From a virus: 64,000 bases of DNA. This document shows, piece by piece, positions 46,477 through 56,253 of the stretch. The DNA lies in the IMG/VR virus record IMGVR_UViG_3300046779_002065, positions 1 to 64,000 of that record. One strand, written 5' to 3'. The first letter of the stretch is position 1. The number at the start of each line of letters is the position of its first letter. Made by a program: the position numbers and the translations under genes. The notes under the pieces are model-generated. The model saw only the letters and a program-made list of their open reading frames with translations, ran no database searches and was not told where the DNA came from.

Positions 46477-46791
46477 TTATTTTCCTTCAAGGCGTTTGAT
46501 GCGCTCATCGGTTAACTTCATGTAGTTGAGGATCTCGCTGCGAGTCATCTCATCCTTCATGTTATATTCCTGACGGGTTGGAGGGTAGGTTTCCTTTGCT
46601 GCAGGATCTCCAGGATCTACCATGTAAATCCCTTTACCAATAGCTGGTAGAGATTTTGCTGCCTCAATCTCATTGACCAAATAATAATGGTATCCAATTG
46701 CAGAAGCAATGATTGCAGCGATTGCTGCCAACACCTTGGGAGTCAACGAGAACTCTGTTTCTTCTCCGAGTTTAATTTTACGAGGTGCCAT
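46477..46791 (-). CDS. single-pass membrane protein
   Basis: TM VLAAIAAIIASAIGY. Confidence 0.65.
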   Translation of the reverse strand: MAPRKIKLGEETEFSLTPKVLAAIAAIIASAIGYHYYLVNEIEAAKSLPAIGKGIYMVDPGDPAAKETYPPTRQEYNMKDEMTRSEILNYMKLTDERIKRLEGK

Positions 46792-47378
46792 TATTTGATG
46801 TCTTGAGATTGAATTAGGGTGTACGTAAAGGAGTTACCATGCAGAGCAGCTGCTTTCTTAACTATTGCCATGAATGCAGCAAAGTCTTTAGCACGTTTGA
46901 ATACCTGACAGCCTTCGCTCCAGTTTTCCACGTACGTAGAGTCTGTACCTGCCATGTGGATGTTTACACCACACAAAGAACATTCAGTGATTTTAATTTT
47001 GTCAAACTCCATGTCACGGTCACCGTCCCGGTAAAGTTTAAGATTACCCTTCTGGGTCAACGCTTCATACTTTCCCTGGTGTAGACCGATGTGGTGAGAA
47101 CCAGGGTACTGTCCAGGAACGATGAATGCAACGCCACCTACGGCTTTACCTTCCAACATCCCTTTCTTACCTGGTTCAGTGGTACAAGACCACTCAAAGT
47201 ATTTCCATACTCCGTTCTCCTTGTAACTGATAGTGATGACATCATCAAAAAGATTGGTCACTTTACTACCAGTAGAACTGTTTCGAACCCCGATGATGTT
47301 GACATTGAAGTCACCATTGTCGAAATACTTATAACCTTTTGCTTTTACAGCAGCTTCTATTTTTTCACGAGTAAACAT
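46791..47378 (-). CDS. putative endolysin (YkuD/L,D-transpeptidase-like His-Cys motif)
   Basis: NIIGVR..FDD..TTEPG..PGQY..GVNIH..WSEGCQV; next to holin-like genes. Confidence 0.7.
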   Translation of the reverse strand: MFTREKIEAAVKAKGYKYFDNGDFNVNIIGVRNSSTGSKVTNLFDDVITISYKENGVWKYFEWSCTTEPGKKGMLEGKAVGGVAFIVPGQYPGSHHIGLHQGKYEALTQKGNLKLYRDGDRDMEFDKIKITECSLCGVNIHMAGTDSTYVENWSEGCQVFKRAKDFAAFMAIVKKAAALHGNSFTYTLIQSQDIK

Positions 47379-47665
47379 TATTGACTAACCTCCTCATCTT
47401 TTTTCTTAATCAATTGCTTGAATGAGAATTTGTCTGCAGTGTCACCGGCAATCGATGCAACCACAATACTGACCACACCCCAGATCATTGCTTCAGCAGG
47501 CTGAAACTCCTTTGGGTGGGTAGTGTTAATAACCAACGTAACACCTAGGGTGATACTTAAAACAAATGCAATCACCGGTTTGATAGAGATCTGACCTCTC
47601 TCATCCTTGAGCATTTCCATGATAACTTTTGAGACTTTCATAAGTAGGATTTTTATCTTTTTCAT
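47378..47665 (-). CDS. putative holin
   Basis: Two TM segments and charged C-terminus, coupled to the endolysin. Confidence 0.6.
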   Translation of the reverse strand: MKKIKILLMKVSKVIMEMLKDERGQISIKPVIAFVLSITLGVTLVINTTHPKEFQPAEAMIWGVVSIVVASIAGDTADKFSFKQLIKKKDEEVSQ

Positions 47666-47686
47666 AGGTGTTGGTTTTTCTATGGG

Positions 47687-48022
47687 TTAAGCGTCCTTTG
47701 GTTCCAGGTCGAAACTGATTTCGTCTTCTTTCTTAAACGGTCCTATTCGCATCCATACAGGGAGCACTGCTTTACCCTGGGTGACGGCATCTGTTATCTG
47801 GTCTACTACTGTACCCATCTTTTGTTCTTTAAGAATCTCGATATCTTTTTCCAACATCTCGATCCGGGTGCGGTCTGCGCTTTGCTGGATCAGTAATGTT
47901 TTCACATCAGATTTGAGTTCAGTGAGGTCGCTATATAATAGCGTTCCTACAATAGCAATCAGCACAGGAGAAGCCCATTCTTTAACAGCTGAAATGATGT
48001 CGTTTTTAGGTGCAGTGGTCAT
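47687..48022 (-). CDS. membrane protein with coiled coil (lysis-associated)
   Basis: TM PVLIAIVGTLLY followed by heptads. Confidence 0.6.
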   Translation of the reverse strand: MTTAPKNDIISAVKEWASPVLIAIVGTLLYSDLTELKSDVKTLLIQQSADRTRIEMLEKDIEILKEQKMGTVVDQITDAVTQGKAVLPVWMRIGPFKKEDEISFDLEPKDA

Positions 48023-48078
48023 TTAAGAGAGTAGTGATATTAGATGATAAATAAGAAGTTATGTATAGCAGGACGCTA

Positions 48079-48091
48079 TATATATAATATA
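48079..48091 (-). promoter_or_regulatory. candidate late promoter motif TATATTATATATA
   Basis: Identical 13-mer upstream of three minus-strand units (also 49930 and 57842). Confidence 0.6.
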
Positions 48092-48169
48092 CAAAGAAAT
48101 CCCGAAGTTCTACAATTTTGTTCTATATCTTTGTAGACCCATTACGTTTTACCTTTTCCTTTTACCTTA

Positions 48170-48670
48170 ATGAATACAAATGAAATTACCATCCCGGTGA
48201 CGTCTGTACGTACGCCGCAGCGATTCTCTCAATGGTTTACCACCGTTTATGAGCAGCTCTTTAAAAGCAGTGTCGAAATAAAAGATATTGGAGATATCAC
48301 CAAGTATCGAAACGGCAAGATGGTCGAGCAAATCGACCGACTTATCTGCGAGCAAATTCCAGCAACCAAAGAGATCAAAGAAATCTGGTTAAAAGCTGGT
48401 AAAAAATCAATTTTTGTCAACTCCCGCAAGCGTGAACTCAGTGATGGACGCAAACTTGCGGCGGTACTTCTCAGAGAAAAGAAGTACACCCTGGTGTCTA
48501 TAGGTATGATTATGGGTAAGGATCATTCTACCATCATTCATAGTTTAGAAAGTGCGGAGAATCTCATGGACACAGACGCTTCGTTCCGTCGCATGTACAA
48601 CAATGTAAAGTTTGCCTTGAATTATGAAGAAGTTATTCGACCATCTGATCAAGCTACGGTTAACCCCTAA
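48170..48670 (+). CDS. DnaA C-terminal (domain IV) HTH protein
   Basis: SRKRELSDGRK..TLVSIGMIMGKDHSTIIHS resembles DnaA R..R..AR..IG..GGRDHTTV.H. Confidence 0.75.
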   Translation: MNTNEITIPVTSVRTPQRFSQWFTTVYEQLFKSSVEIKDIGDITKYRNGKMVEQIDRLICEQIPATKEIKEIWLKAGKKSIFVNSRKRELSDGRKLAAVLLREKKYTLVSIGMIMGKDHSTIIHSLESAENLMDTDASFRRMYNNVKFALNYEEVIRPSDQATVNP

Positions 48671-49220
48671 TCAACTCTTTGTGCTGGACAGCATCGAGCA
48701 GCAACTGGATTACGGTTCTTTTATCCCTAACCTCAAGATAGAACTGGTGCGCCTTCAGGATAAAGCACTCCTGGACAATGCACTCAATCTGACTCCTGTG
48801 GGAAAGAAACTTCTCCAGGAGTGCAAGGATTTAGAGAGTCCTAAAAAGAAGAAAACTGCAGACCACGGTGACTGGACCTCCCTGATTGAGCAATACCGCC
48901 AGATCTTTCCTGCCGGTCACGGTAGTGGTAAAGCGTTTCGTTCACCTGTCCGGGAACTGCTTCCCCGTTTTGAATGGTTCTTTGCGAACTATGAGTTTAG
49001 CTGGGAAGTAGTCCTGGAAGCAACAAGAAGATACGTAGAGAGTCGTAAGGATGATTTGACGTACATGAGAACCAGTGCATACTTTATCCGCAAACAGGAT
49101 TCTTCCAAAGTAGACATCAGTGACCTGGGACATTGGTGCGAGCTGATACAGCAGGAACTGGATCATCCAGACAGTGTCAAACCAAACATGGATTACACCG
49201 GACTGTACAAGGTCGTCTAA
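48624..49220 (+). CDS. hypothetical protein (possible replication initiator or helicase loader)
   Basis: wHTH-like N-terminus plus helical C-domain (..Y...FP....ATRRYV..YM....YFI.K). Confidence 0.65.
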   Translation: MKKLFDHLIKLRLTPNQLFVLDSIEQQLDYGSFIPNLKIELVRLQDKALLDNALNLTPVGKKLLQECKDLESPKKKKTADHGDWTSLIEQYRQIFPAGHGSGKAFRSPVRELLPRFEWFFANYEFSWEVVLEATRRYVESRKDDLTYMRTSAYFIRKQDSSKVDISDLGHWCELIQQELDHPDSVKPNMDYTGLYKVV

Positions 49221-49253
49221 GAATGTCTAAAAAAATGTCTAAGTAATGACTAA
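49215..49253. repeat. four G(T/A)CTAA direct repeats at ~11-bp spacing
   Basis: Copies at 49215, 49225, 49237 and 49248. Confidence 0.6.
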
Positions 49254-49284
49254 GAAACCCCGCCTAGACAAGCGGGGTTTTTTC
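49254..49284 (+). terminator. intrinsic terminator
   Basis: GAAACCCCGC..GCGGGGTTT followed by a T-run. Confidence 0.75.
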
Positions 49285-49412
49285 TCTTATGATTCTATAC
49301 CGGGGTTACTAACGATCCCCGGACAAAGATATAGTTCTACAATTACTCTACAAAAAAAGTCCCTGCATTTCTGCAAGGACTTCCCAAAATAACAAGTAAC
49401 AGATAGAGTAGG

Positions 49413-49904
49413 TTAATGAGTAGTTGGTTCAGTTTCGGTAATCGTCAAGAGCTTAAAGAATACAGCGTAATTGTCGGTTGTTTCTAAAGAGGCAATGTCG
49501 TCAAAATTAAAACTAGGATGTTCGATTTCTTTAGTTGTTTCTAATAACTCAGAATACTCTTTGTTAAAATCAGCAAACTTCGGATTAGCTACAAATACAG
49601 GAGATCCATCAGGATTTATTTTTTCAGTCTTAATACGCATCGGAATGCTCCAAGATTGTTCTTCTTTGTTTTCTTCTCCGTACTTTTTTACAAGTTCATC
49701 TCTGAGAGAGTCAATCGTTTTCTTTTCAGATGTAACAGTTTCGCCTAGACGAGTCACCCAGTACTTCGTTTTGATTGGTAACTTCTGGTTGAGTAAACCA
49801 GTAATTGTTACTTCACCTTTTCGTTGACTGCGTAGTCCAAAGATCTCAGCTTCGAGTTCCATGATTTCAGCTAATGACAAGGTAATTTTTTTCAATGCAG
49901 ACAT
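49413..49904 (-). CDS. hypothetical protein
   Basis: 163-aa ORF with the late-type motif upstream. Confidence 0.75.
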   Translation of the reverse strand: MSALKKITLSLAEIMELEAEIFGLRSQRKGEVTITGLLNQKLPIKTKYWVTRLGETVTSEKKTIDSLRDELVKKYGEENKEEQSWSIPMRIKTEKINPDGSPVFVANPKFADFNKEYSELLETTKEIEHPSFNFDDIASLETTDNYAVFFKLLTITETEPTTH

Positions 49905-49929
49905 AGGGTTGTTGGTTTCGTATTACAAA

Positions 49930-49942
49930 TATATATAATATA
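49930..49942 (-). promoter_or_regulatory. candidate late promoter motif
   Basis: TATATATAATATA on the + strand. Confidence 0.6.
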
Positions 49943-49948
49943 TTTCAA

Positions 49949-50104
49949 TTATCCTTGACCTCTGTATTTTTTTGCGTAGTTTTTACTACCCTTCAATCGA
50001 GAAGTCTTTGTTTTAGAGTGAACACCTGGTCGACTCACTTTGGACTTAACCAAAAATTTTGTCACGCTGCTGCTCGGACTCTTTGTTTTCTTCACTGTCG
50101 CCAT
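49949..50104 (-). CDS. small basic protein ending KKYRGQG (51 aa, absent from the ORF track)
   Basis: Manual translation MATVKKTKSPSSSVTKFLVKSKVSRPGVHSKTKTSRLKGSKNYAKKYRGQG; TAATG-coupled to the upstream gene. Confidence 0.75.
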   Translation of the reverse strand: MATVKKTKSPSSSVTKFLVKSKVSRPGVHSKTKTSRLKGSKNYAKKYRGQG

Positions 50105-50418
50105 TATACTTCCTCCTCTACTATAGTGAGACCCAACTGAGCAGCTGCCCAGTCAAAAACGTAACTGTCATCGTTTGACCACAAGTCGTATGCCGCACGA
50201 TCCATATCAAGGTTACCTTCAAGGACTACTTCTCCGGGAACAGAAACCATTGTTCCTTCCTGGTCAACAAGGATTGCTTTACGGATGGTATAATACCAGC
50301 TTACATTCGTAGGGTTTAATGGAAATCCAAGTGAACGGACTTCTAAATAAGCACCATCACCTTTGATGGGTACTGTAACGGGAGTAATTTCTACATAGTT
50401 CATAGTTGTGTTATACAT
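50104..50418 (-). CDS. tail-fibre-associated hypothetical protein
   Basis: Follows the fibre gene; EGNL....Y..W...DSY. Confidence 0.65.
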   Translation of the reverse strand: MYNTTMNYVEITPVTVPIKGDGAYLEVRSLGFPLNPTNVSWYYTIRKAILVDQEGTMVSVPGEVVLEGNLDMDRAAYDLWSNDDSYVFDWAAAQLGLTIVEEEV

Positions 50419-50453
50419 AAAATAGTTTGTTTTTTGATGAAGTGCATTATGTT

Positions 50454-52520
50454 TTAAGAAACATTAGTAATAATTCCGCCAATCACCTGGATGTTCTGCT
50501 GTCCTGGAGGATTACTTGCAATGAATATGGTTCCTGTCCATCCAGATACGCCTCCAACATAGTATGAGACAGACGCATTAACATATCCAACAACATCCAG
50601 CGTGTATCCTGGAGTAGTTGTTCCAATACCTACCGATCCACCTGCTGTAGCAAAGTATGCATAGCTTGTAGATCTGATATCGCCTTGGACGTCTAACTTG
50701 TACGTAGCACTTGCTCTGTTAATTCCTACATTTCCTGTCGGACCAGAAATCCATATTCGAGAAGCAGAAGACGTTAAGTCATACACTTCCCAAGAGTTTG
50801 CTGTTGCGTAGTTAGTTCCCGTAAAGAAGCTATGGTAAGTGTTTGTATAGATTGTTCCAGCTGAACCAGTCGCTGTTGATGTTATATAATGATAAGTGTC
50901 TGTACCAGAAGAAAAGCTAGTGTTCCCTATAACTTGTAGTTTGTATCCCGCGTTTGATATTGTGCCTACAGAAACATTACCGTCACCGTGAATACGAAGT
51001 CTTTCAGTATCGTTGGTGTATATAGCAAGTCCTATGTTGTCACGCAGAATTATGTATCCAACAGATGCATCAAGACCAATCACCATTCCTTGGGAATCTA
51101 ATGTTTGAGTAGAACGAGCAATCGAAAGTAACGCCTGACTTGCAGTACCCTTTACACCAAACATATAACCACTAGAAGCTCCGTATGTACGAGAAGTTCC
51201 ATTAATCATAAAAGATCCAGAAGAGTCCATGCGCATTTTCTCTACACCCCCTCCGTCTTTAAAATACAAAGTACCACTAGCTGATTGAAGATTATCTCCG
51301 TAGAACGTTGTACCTACGATTAGTCCTGAACCCCAGAAATCTGTAAAACGATTTGCAAAAGTACCTACTGTAGAAGTTCCACTAGTTGGTACTAAGTTAC
51401 CCGATAAACCTATATTCCCGTTTACGTATAGTTTGTATCCGGCGTCTGTAGTAGCACCTATAAGAAAGTTTGTACCTGTATTTACATAGCATGCAGCACT
51501 TGTACCTATGTTAAATATGTTGGTATAACTAGAATTGTAAACAGCAAATAAAGTTGCTCCTGAAAAACCTCTTATATATGAAACGGTTCCCCATTTCATG
51601 TAACCACCATTGTTAACTACAATAGCATTATCTGATGCATTTGGAGTAAGTGTAAGTGTTGAACCAGCTGTTAATTTGGTGATTGATACAGAACCATCTA
51701 AGATAGTCAATCCTCCTACAGTAATTGCATTGGTAGTTGTGTTCCCTCTACTAGTAACAGTTGCTAAGGTATCTGTTAAAGTGGTTAAGTAGACATTCGA
51801 GTCTATGCTCCCATCCGCTTTCAAGAACTGACCAGAAGTCCCTCCACTTTTAACAAAAGAGTTTGCGGTCAATGTGCTTGTGAATCTTCCTGTTCCGTTG
51901 ACATCTAATTTATATCCTGCATCGGTGGTAGTACCTATTAAAAAGTTACCCGTCGAGTGCGTAAATGTAAATGAATATGCATTGTTATTGGTTGTAAACA
52001 CCAATCCGGTTGTAGACGACGCACCTATTGTTGCTATCCTTGCAGATGTAGGACCAGCTGCAAACTTAATTGTGGTATTAAATGTCGTTTCTGCTCCTGG
52101 AGCATTAAAGAATGATTGTCCGACTACATGAAAAGGACTATTAGGAGCAGTTGTATTGATGCCGACTCTGTTGTTAACAGCATCCACATACAATGTTCCT
52201 GCATCGACGTTAAGTCCACCAACTGTTATTGCATTGGCAGTACTGTTTCCCCTGGTTGTTACACTGTTCAGTGTGTCAGCTTCAGCAGTAAGATACCCAG
52301 CAGCAGCGTGGTTCCCCCAGGAATAAGCTGTGTCCCAGTTAGTTTTCTGAGTAGTCGTAATGCTGGCAGCAGGGGATGCAGAAAATACAGGATCTGTTTC
52401 TGTTCCACCTCCTCCAATGACTAATTCAACAGGGTCACCTGTTCCAGAAGGGATACGATAAAGAACCCCGTCTTTATAAAGTATAGCTTGCGCACCGAGT
52501 AACCAGGTAGGTCCTATCAT
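50454..52520 (-). CDS. tail fibre protein
   Basis: Repeated GN..IGT.T.AGYKL.V.G units; TL..VT.RGN.T.N; GGTS.QFLKADGS. Confidence 0.8.
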   Translation of the reverse strand: MIGPTWLLGAQAILYKDGVLYRIPSGTGDPVELVIGGGGTETDPVFSASPAASITTTQKTNWDTAYSWGNHAAAGYLTAEADTLNSVTTRGNSTANAITVGGLNVDAGTLYVDAVNNRVGINTTAPNSPFHVVGQSFFNAPGAETTFNTTIKFAAGPTSARIATIGASSTTGLVFTTNNNAYSFTFTHSTGNFLIGTTTDAGYKLDVNGTGRFTSTLTANSFVKSGGTSGQFLKADGSIDSNVYLTTLTDTLATVTSRGNTTTNAITVGGLTILDGSVSITKLTAGSTLTLTPNASDNAIVVNNGGYMKWGTVSYIRGFSGATLFAVYNSSYTNIFNIGTSAACYVNTGTNFLIGATTDAGYKLYVNGNIGLSGNLVPTSGTSTVGTFANRFTDFWGSGLIVGTTFYGDNLQSASGTLYFKDGGGVEKMRMDSSGSFMINGTSRTYGASSGYMFGVKGTASQALLSIARSTQTLDSQGMVIGLDASVGYIILRDNIGLAIYTNDTERLRIHGDGNVSVGTISNAGYKLQVIGNTSFSSGTDTYHYITSTATGSAGTIYTNTYHSFFTGTNYATANSWEVYDLTSSASRIWISGPTGNVGINRASATYKLDVQGDIRSTSYAYFATAGGSVGIGTTTPGYTLDVVGYVNASVSYYVGGVSGWTGTIFIASNPPGQQNIQVIGGIITNVS

Positions 52521-52523
52521 AGC

Positions 52524-54149
52524 TTATTGAAATCCTGCTAGTTGAGCAGCTGTTGTTTGAACTGTAGAAGCGTTTTTAAGTCGTGCACCAATACTGTCTG
52601 TAGTGGTTATATCCTCTGTTGCAACATTCCAGATGTCTTCAGCATTAATTACTGCACTACCCACGGTGTTGTCTACAGGGATTCCGTAAGCAACTGATAC
52701 TGGGGACGGCATTTTAAGAGTACCAGTAAGAGACCCATTTGCGTAAATAGTACCAAAGCGTACATCGTTTGCGGCAGGAGCGTCTGATACAGCAGCTGGT
52801 GCAATCATTCTGGTTGCAGGTGCTATTGCTCCTGGAGACAATGCTCCGTTTGTGGTTTCGTCTCTGAATTCAAAATAAGTTCCTACAGAGGGGATAAGAT
52901 GCATTCTTACAACTTGATACGGAAAAACTCCATAATCCGAACAGATAAAAGGACCAGAGAATATATTTGTTGCTCCTCCGTTAGATGACGTTACAGCAAA
53001 TGCTGCTCCATTATTTACTGTGTTTTTTATAGTTTGAATTGTTCCTACAATACTCATATATGAAGCTCCAGTAGAAAGTATACACGAATTTAAAGACGAT
53101 AATACATTACCTGTAATATACAATTTAAAAGCAGTACCACCTCCGTTTACTAACGTACCAGCGATAGTTGTACCACCAGCAGTTGTTCCAGATACAATGT
53201 TTCCAGTAATATTAATTGTTGCAGCAGCAAGGAATATAATTACCTGTCTTGTGACAGCAGAGTTATTATCCTCGATGTTTCCAGTTATATTAATTGTACC
53301 AGCACTATTTATTTTCAATGCTTCTGCATTTGTTTGACCTCCAGAGTAAAGCGTTCCAATAATATTTAATGTACCAACTCCATTCATTGCAACAACTCCA
53401 CCGATAGCGGAATTTGGACCTGTTACAAGTCCACTATACAGATTTCCAATTAATGATGCTGATTGACCACTTCCGAGAGAAAACGTTACAAGTTGAACTG
53501 ATGCTCCGTTATAAAAACCATTTGTTGCTGTAGCACTTACTCCATTGTTTAAAGTAAATCCACCACCAGCGACTGATGTTGTAGTTCCTAAGTATTCGTA
53601 AAACTGAATAGTATGTATTCTTTGATTAACTAAGACCGTAGAAATATTTAGCCTGTATTTAATGTAAGGTGTAGAATTTCCGATTAAGGGACTTGTGTAT
53701 GTAATTACAGATACTCCTGTTACTGTATGCAAAACGACCCAACTTGTTCCATTCCATCCTTCAAAAGTCCAACCTGTTTGATTTGTATACCCGCTAAACG
53801 TATACTGATTTACTGCTTTTGCAGAAGGAAATTCATATCCAATCCATTGCGAACCATCGTATCGCCACTCCGAATTGTTATCTCCCCCAAAAGCATAATA
53901 AGGCAAGTATCCTGAAAGAAACGAACTTGCTGTTACAATACCACTTGGAGCAGTGTCAGACGTCATATTTGGCACAAGACCAATAATACTTCGTGCAGCA
54001 TTGGTCAAAGTATCAATATTTACATCTTGGTTTATTGTAACTGTAAAGTTGTTTGACGCTACTACATCGTCAGGACCAGGAAGAACACCTCCATTCCATG
54101 TTGCTGGGTTTGACCAGTTACCACTTGCGACTGCTATTCTTAGTGCCAT
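52524..54149 (-). CDS. tail spike / receptor-binding protein with discoidin (F5/8 type C)-like domain
   Basis: PNMTS...PSG..AF..WIGYEF..WTFEGW..W..L..Y.KYRLNI, then Gly/Asn/Ile beta-helix-like repeats. Confidence 0.7.
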   Translation of the reverse strand: MALRIAVASGNWSNPATWNGGVLPGPDDVVASNNFTVTINQDVNIDTLTNAARSIIGLVPNMTSDTAPSGIVTASSFLSGYLPYYAFGGDNNSEWRYDGSQWIGYEFPSAKAVNQYTFSGYTNQTGWTFEGWNGTSWVVLHTVTGVSVITYTSPLIGNSTPYIKYRLNISTVLVNQRIHTIQFYEYLGTTTSVAGGGFTLNNGVSATATNGFYNGASVQLVTFSLGSGQSASLIGNLYSGLVTGPNSAIGGVVAMNGVGTLNIIGTLYSGGQTNAEALKINSAGTINITGNIEDNNSAVTRQVIIFLAAATINITGNIVSGTTAGGTTIAGTLVNGGGTAFKLYITGNVLSSLNSCILSTGASYMSIVGTIQTIKNTVNNGAAFAVTSSNGGATNIFSGPFICSDYGVFPYQVVRMHLIPSVGTYFEFRDETTNGALSPGAIAPATRMIAPAAVSDAPAANDVRFGTIYANGSLTGTLKMPSPVSVAYGIPVDNTVGSAVINAEDIWNVATEDITTTDSIGARLKNASTVQTTAAQLAGFQ

Positions 54150-54150
54150 A

Positions 54151-55950
54151 TTATAAACTTGCTATTTGACTTCCTGTAGTCTGTACTGTTGAACAATTTT
54201 TTAATCTCTCTCCTATACTTCCAGGAGTAGTAAGGTTTGATTGAAGCATCTCCCATATCTGACTTGCTGTAAGAACAGCTGTCCCAACGGTGTCATCTAC
54301 TTCTATACCTGCTCTTACATTTGAAGCAGCTGGTACTTTCATAGTTCCTGTTTGAGAACCACTTGCATAGACAGTTCCAAATCTTACGTTTGCAGGAATT
54401 GGTGCATCTACTACTGTGTCTGGACTTACTAATCTTGTAGCAGGAGCTGCACCAGCTGGAGGTAAAGCACCATTAGTAGAATTGTCTCTGAACTCAAAGT
54501 AAGAACCTATTGTACGTTGATAGTGCATACGATTGACATAAAACGGTTGTATTCCTGATGAGTGACTTATAAATGGACCCGTAAAAATATTAATAGCACT
54601 TCCATTTGTATTAATAACAGCAGGCGCCCTCAAACCCCCAATAGCTGATCCTATATGCTTAAAGTATGACGCACCACTTATAATCACAGGGTAACTAAGT
54701 GCCATTGCGTTTGAAGTAGTGTCATTAAATATTGTTCCAACAATGTTAATTGTACATATATTTGATGCCGACAGACAGTACCAGTTTACGTTACTTGCAC
54801 TTCCCGCATTTGTTATGGAAAGATCTCCAGTAATATTTATTGTTGCAGCGATAGCCTCGACACCTACCCCACTGTTTGCACTACTTAATTGACAAAGAAC
54901 ATTACCCGTCATATTTAAAGTAGTCCCTGTCTGCATACTAACAGTCTGTTTTATAGTTCCTCGAACTTCAATGTTTCCAACTAAGTTCAAAACACTCCCA
55001 GAAACTCCCATTCTGACGGCATTAGCATTACCAGCACTATTACTAAATCCATTAATGTTGCCATTAATATTAAGAGTTGCCGCAGCATTAACATTTATCA
55101 TGGTAGAGCCGTTAGTGGTAGATGCGTTTATTGTTCCGTTTATTGTAATATTACCTGCGCCTGAGATTAAAAATCCAGTAATACTGTTTGCAGTAATTCC
55201 TCCAATATTAGCATTAATTATAACACTTCCCGTACCTGAATAAGTGAGACAAGTAACAGTTCCTATATTTATTCCATTTCCTGTATTAGTACAAGTAACA
55301 GTTACTCCTGAGTTAAGAATAAATGTTCCTCCTGCTACTGAGTTTGCTCCGTAGTCATTTGCTTCATATAAATATAATTCACTTACTCCCGTATAACTAC
55401 CATTACCATTATTTGCAGTTATATTTAGCCTATATTTAATATAGGCAGTTATATTTGCAATTGAACGTGTAACAGTAGCAGTGCCAGAGTTTCCTGTAAC
55501 TGTATCTAAAACAACCCACTCACTACCTGTCCAACCTTCAAAAGTCCAATCTCTAGGAACTGAAGTTGGACTACCATTACTTGGAGGAACCATTACGTAT
55601 TTGCCAACTGTTTTAGCTATAGGAAATTCATAAGCTAACCAACCAGTAATATTACCATTAAAAGTTAACCAATCATTAGCTCCTCTTGCAAAAGCATTCC
55701 ATGGATCATATCCTACATAATTACTACTAGAACTAGCAATACCACTTGGAGTAGTATTTGAAGTCATTTGCGGAGTCAGAATAAAAGGAGAAACAACAGA
55801 ATTGGTGATAGAGTCTACGTTAACGTTTTGATCTATAGTTACAGTGTAACCATTAGAAGCAACCACATCTCCTGCGGCAGGTAAAACACCTCCGTTCCAA
55901 GTAGATGGATTACTCCAGTTTCCATTAGCTACCGCAACTCTTAACGCCAT
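54151..55950 (-). CDS. tail spike / receptor-binding protein, paralogue of 52524..54149
   Basis: Near-identical N-terminus MALR.AVA.GNWSNP.TWNGGVLP and C-terminus ..RLKN.STVQTT..Q.A. Confidence 0.7.
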   Translation of the reverse strand: MALRVAVANGNWSNPSTWNGGVLPAAGDVVASNGYTVTIDQNVNVDSITNSVVSPFILTPQMTSNTTPSGIASSSSNYVGYDPWNAFARGANDWLTFNGNITGWLAYEFPIAKTVGKYVMVPPSNGSPTSVPRDWTFEGWTGSEWVVLDTVTGNSGTATVTRSIANITAYIKYRLNITANNGNGSYTGVSELYLYEANDYGANSVAGGTFILNSGVTVTCTNTGNGINIGTVTCLTYSGTGSVIINANIGGITANSITGFLISGAGNITINGTINASTTNGSTMINVNAAATLNINGNINGFSNSAGNANAVRMGVSGSVLNLVGNIEVRGTIKQTVSMQTGTTLNMTGNVLCQLSSANSGVGVEAIAATINITGDLSITNAGSASNVNWYCLSASNICTINIVGTIFNDTTSNAMALSYPVIISGASYFKHIGSAIGGLRAPAVINTNGSAINIFTGPFISHSSGIQPFYVNRMHYQRTIGSYFEFRDNSTNGALPPAGAAPATRLVSPDTVVDAPIPANVRFGTVYASGSQTGTMKVPAASNVRAGIEVDDTVGTAVLTASQIWEMLQSNLTTPGSIGERLKNCSTVQTTGSQIASL

Positions 55951-55952
55951 GA

Positions 55953-56249
55953 TTAAAGACCTTTATCGTTGATAAACTCTTGAATACCTGTCATGATCTT
56001 TTCAATAGCTGATGCAATCTCAGGATCGGTTTCAGCTTCTTTAAATACATCAAAGTAAGACACCGCTTTAGCGTGTTCAGGTAGTTGTTCTATTCCTCCA
56101 GGAATTTCTCTGTATGGAGTAAGTCGCATAGCAACGGATGCTCCAATTTGTCCTCCCTCCTGGACAAGAGGAGAAATAGCAAGGTTAACTAATAACAGAG
56201 GATATTCCACTCCGTCTACAATTGTTGGTTTAGTTGATGTTATCGCCAT
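55953..56249 (-). CDS. hypothetical protein
   Basis: 98-aa ORF in the tail operon. Confidence 0.7.
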   Translation of the reverse strand: MAITSTKPTIVDGVEYPLLLVNLAISPLVQEGGQIGASVAMRLTPYREIPGGIEQLPEHAKAVSYFDVFKEAETDPEIASAIEKIMTGIQEFINDKGL

Positions 56250-56253
56250 GGTT

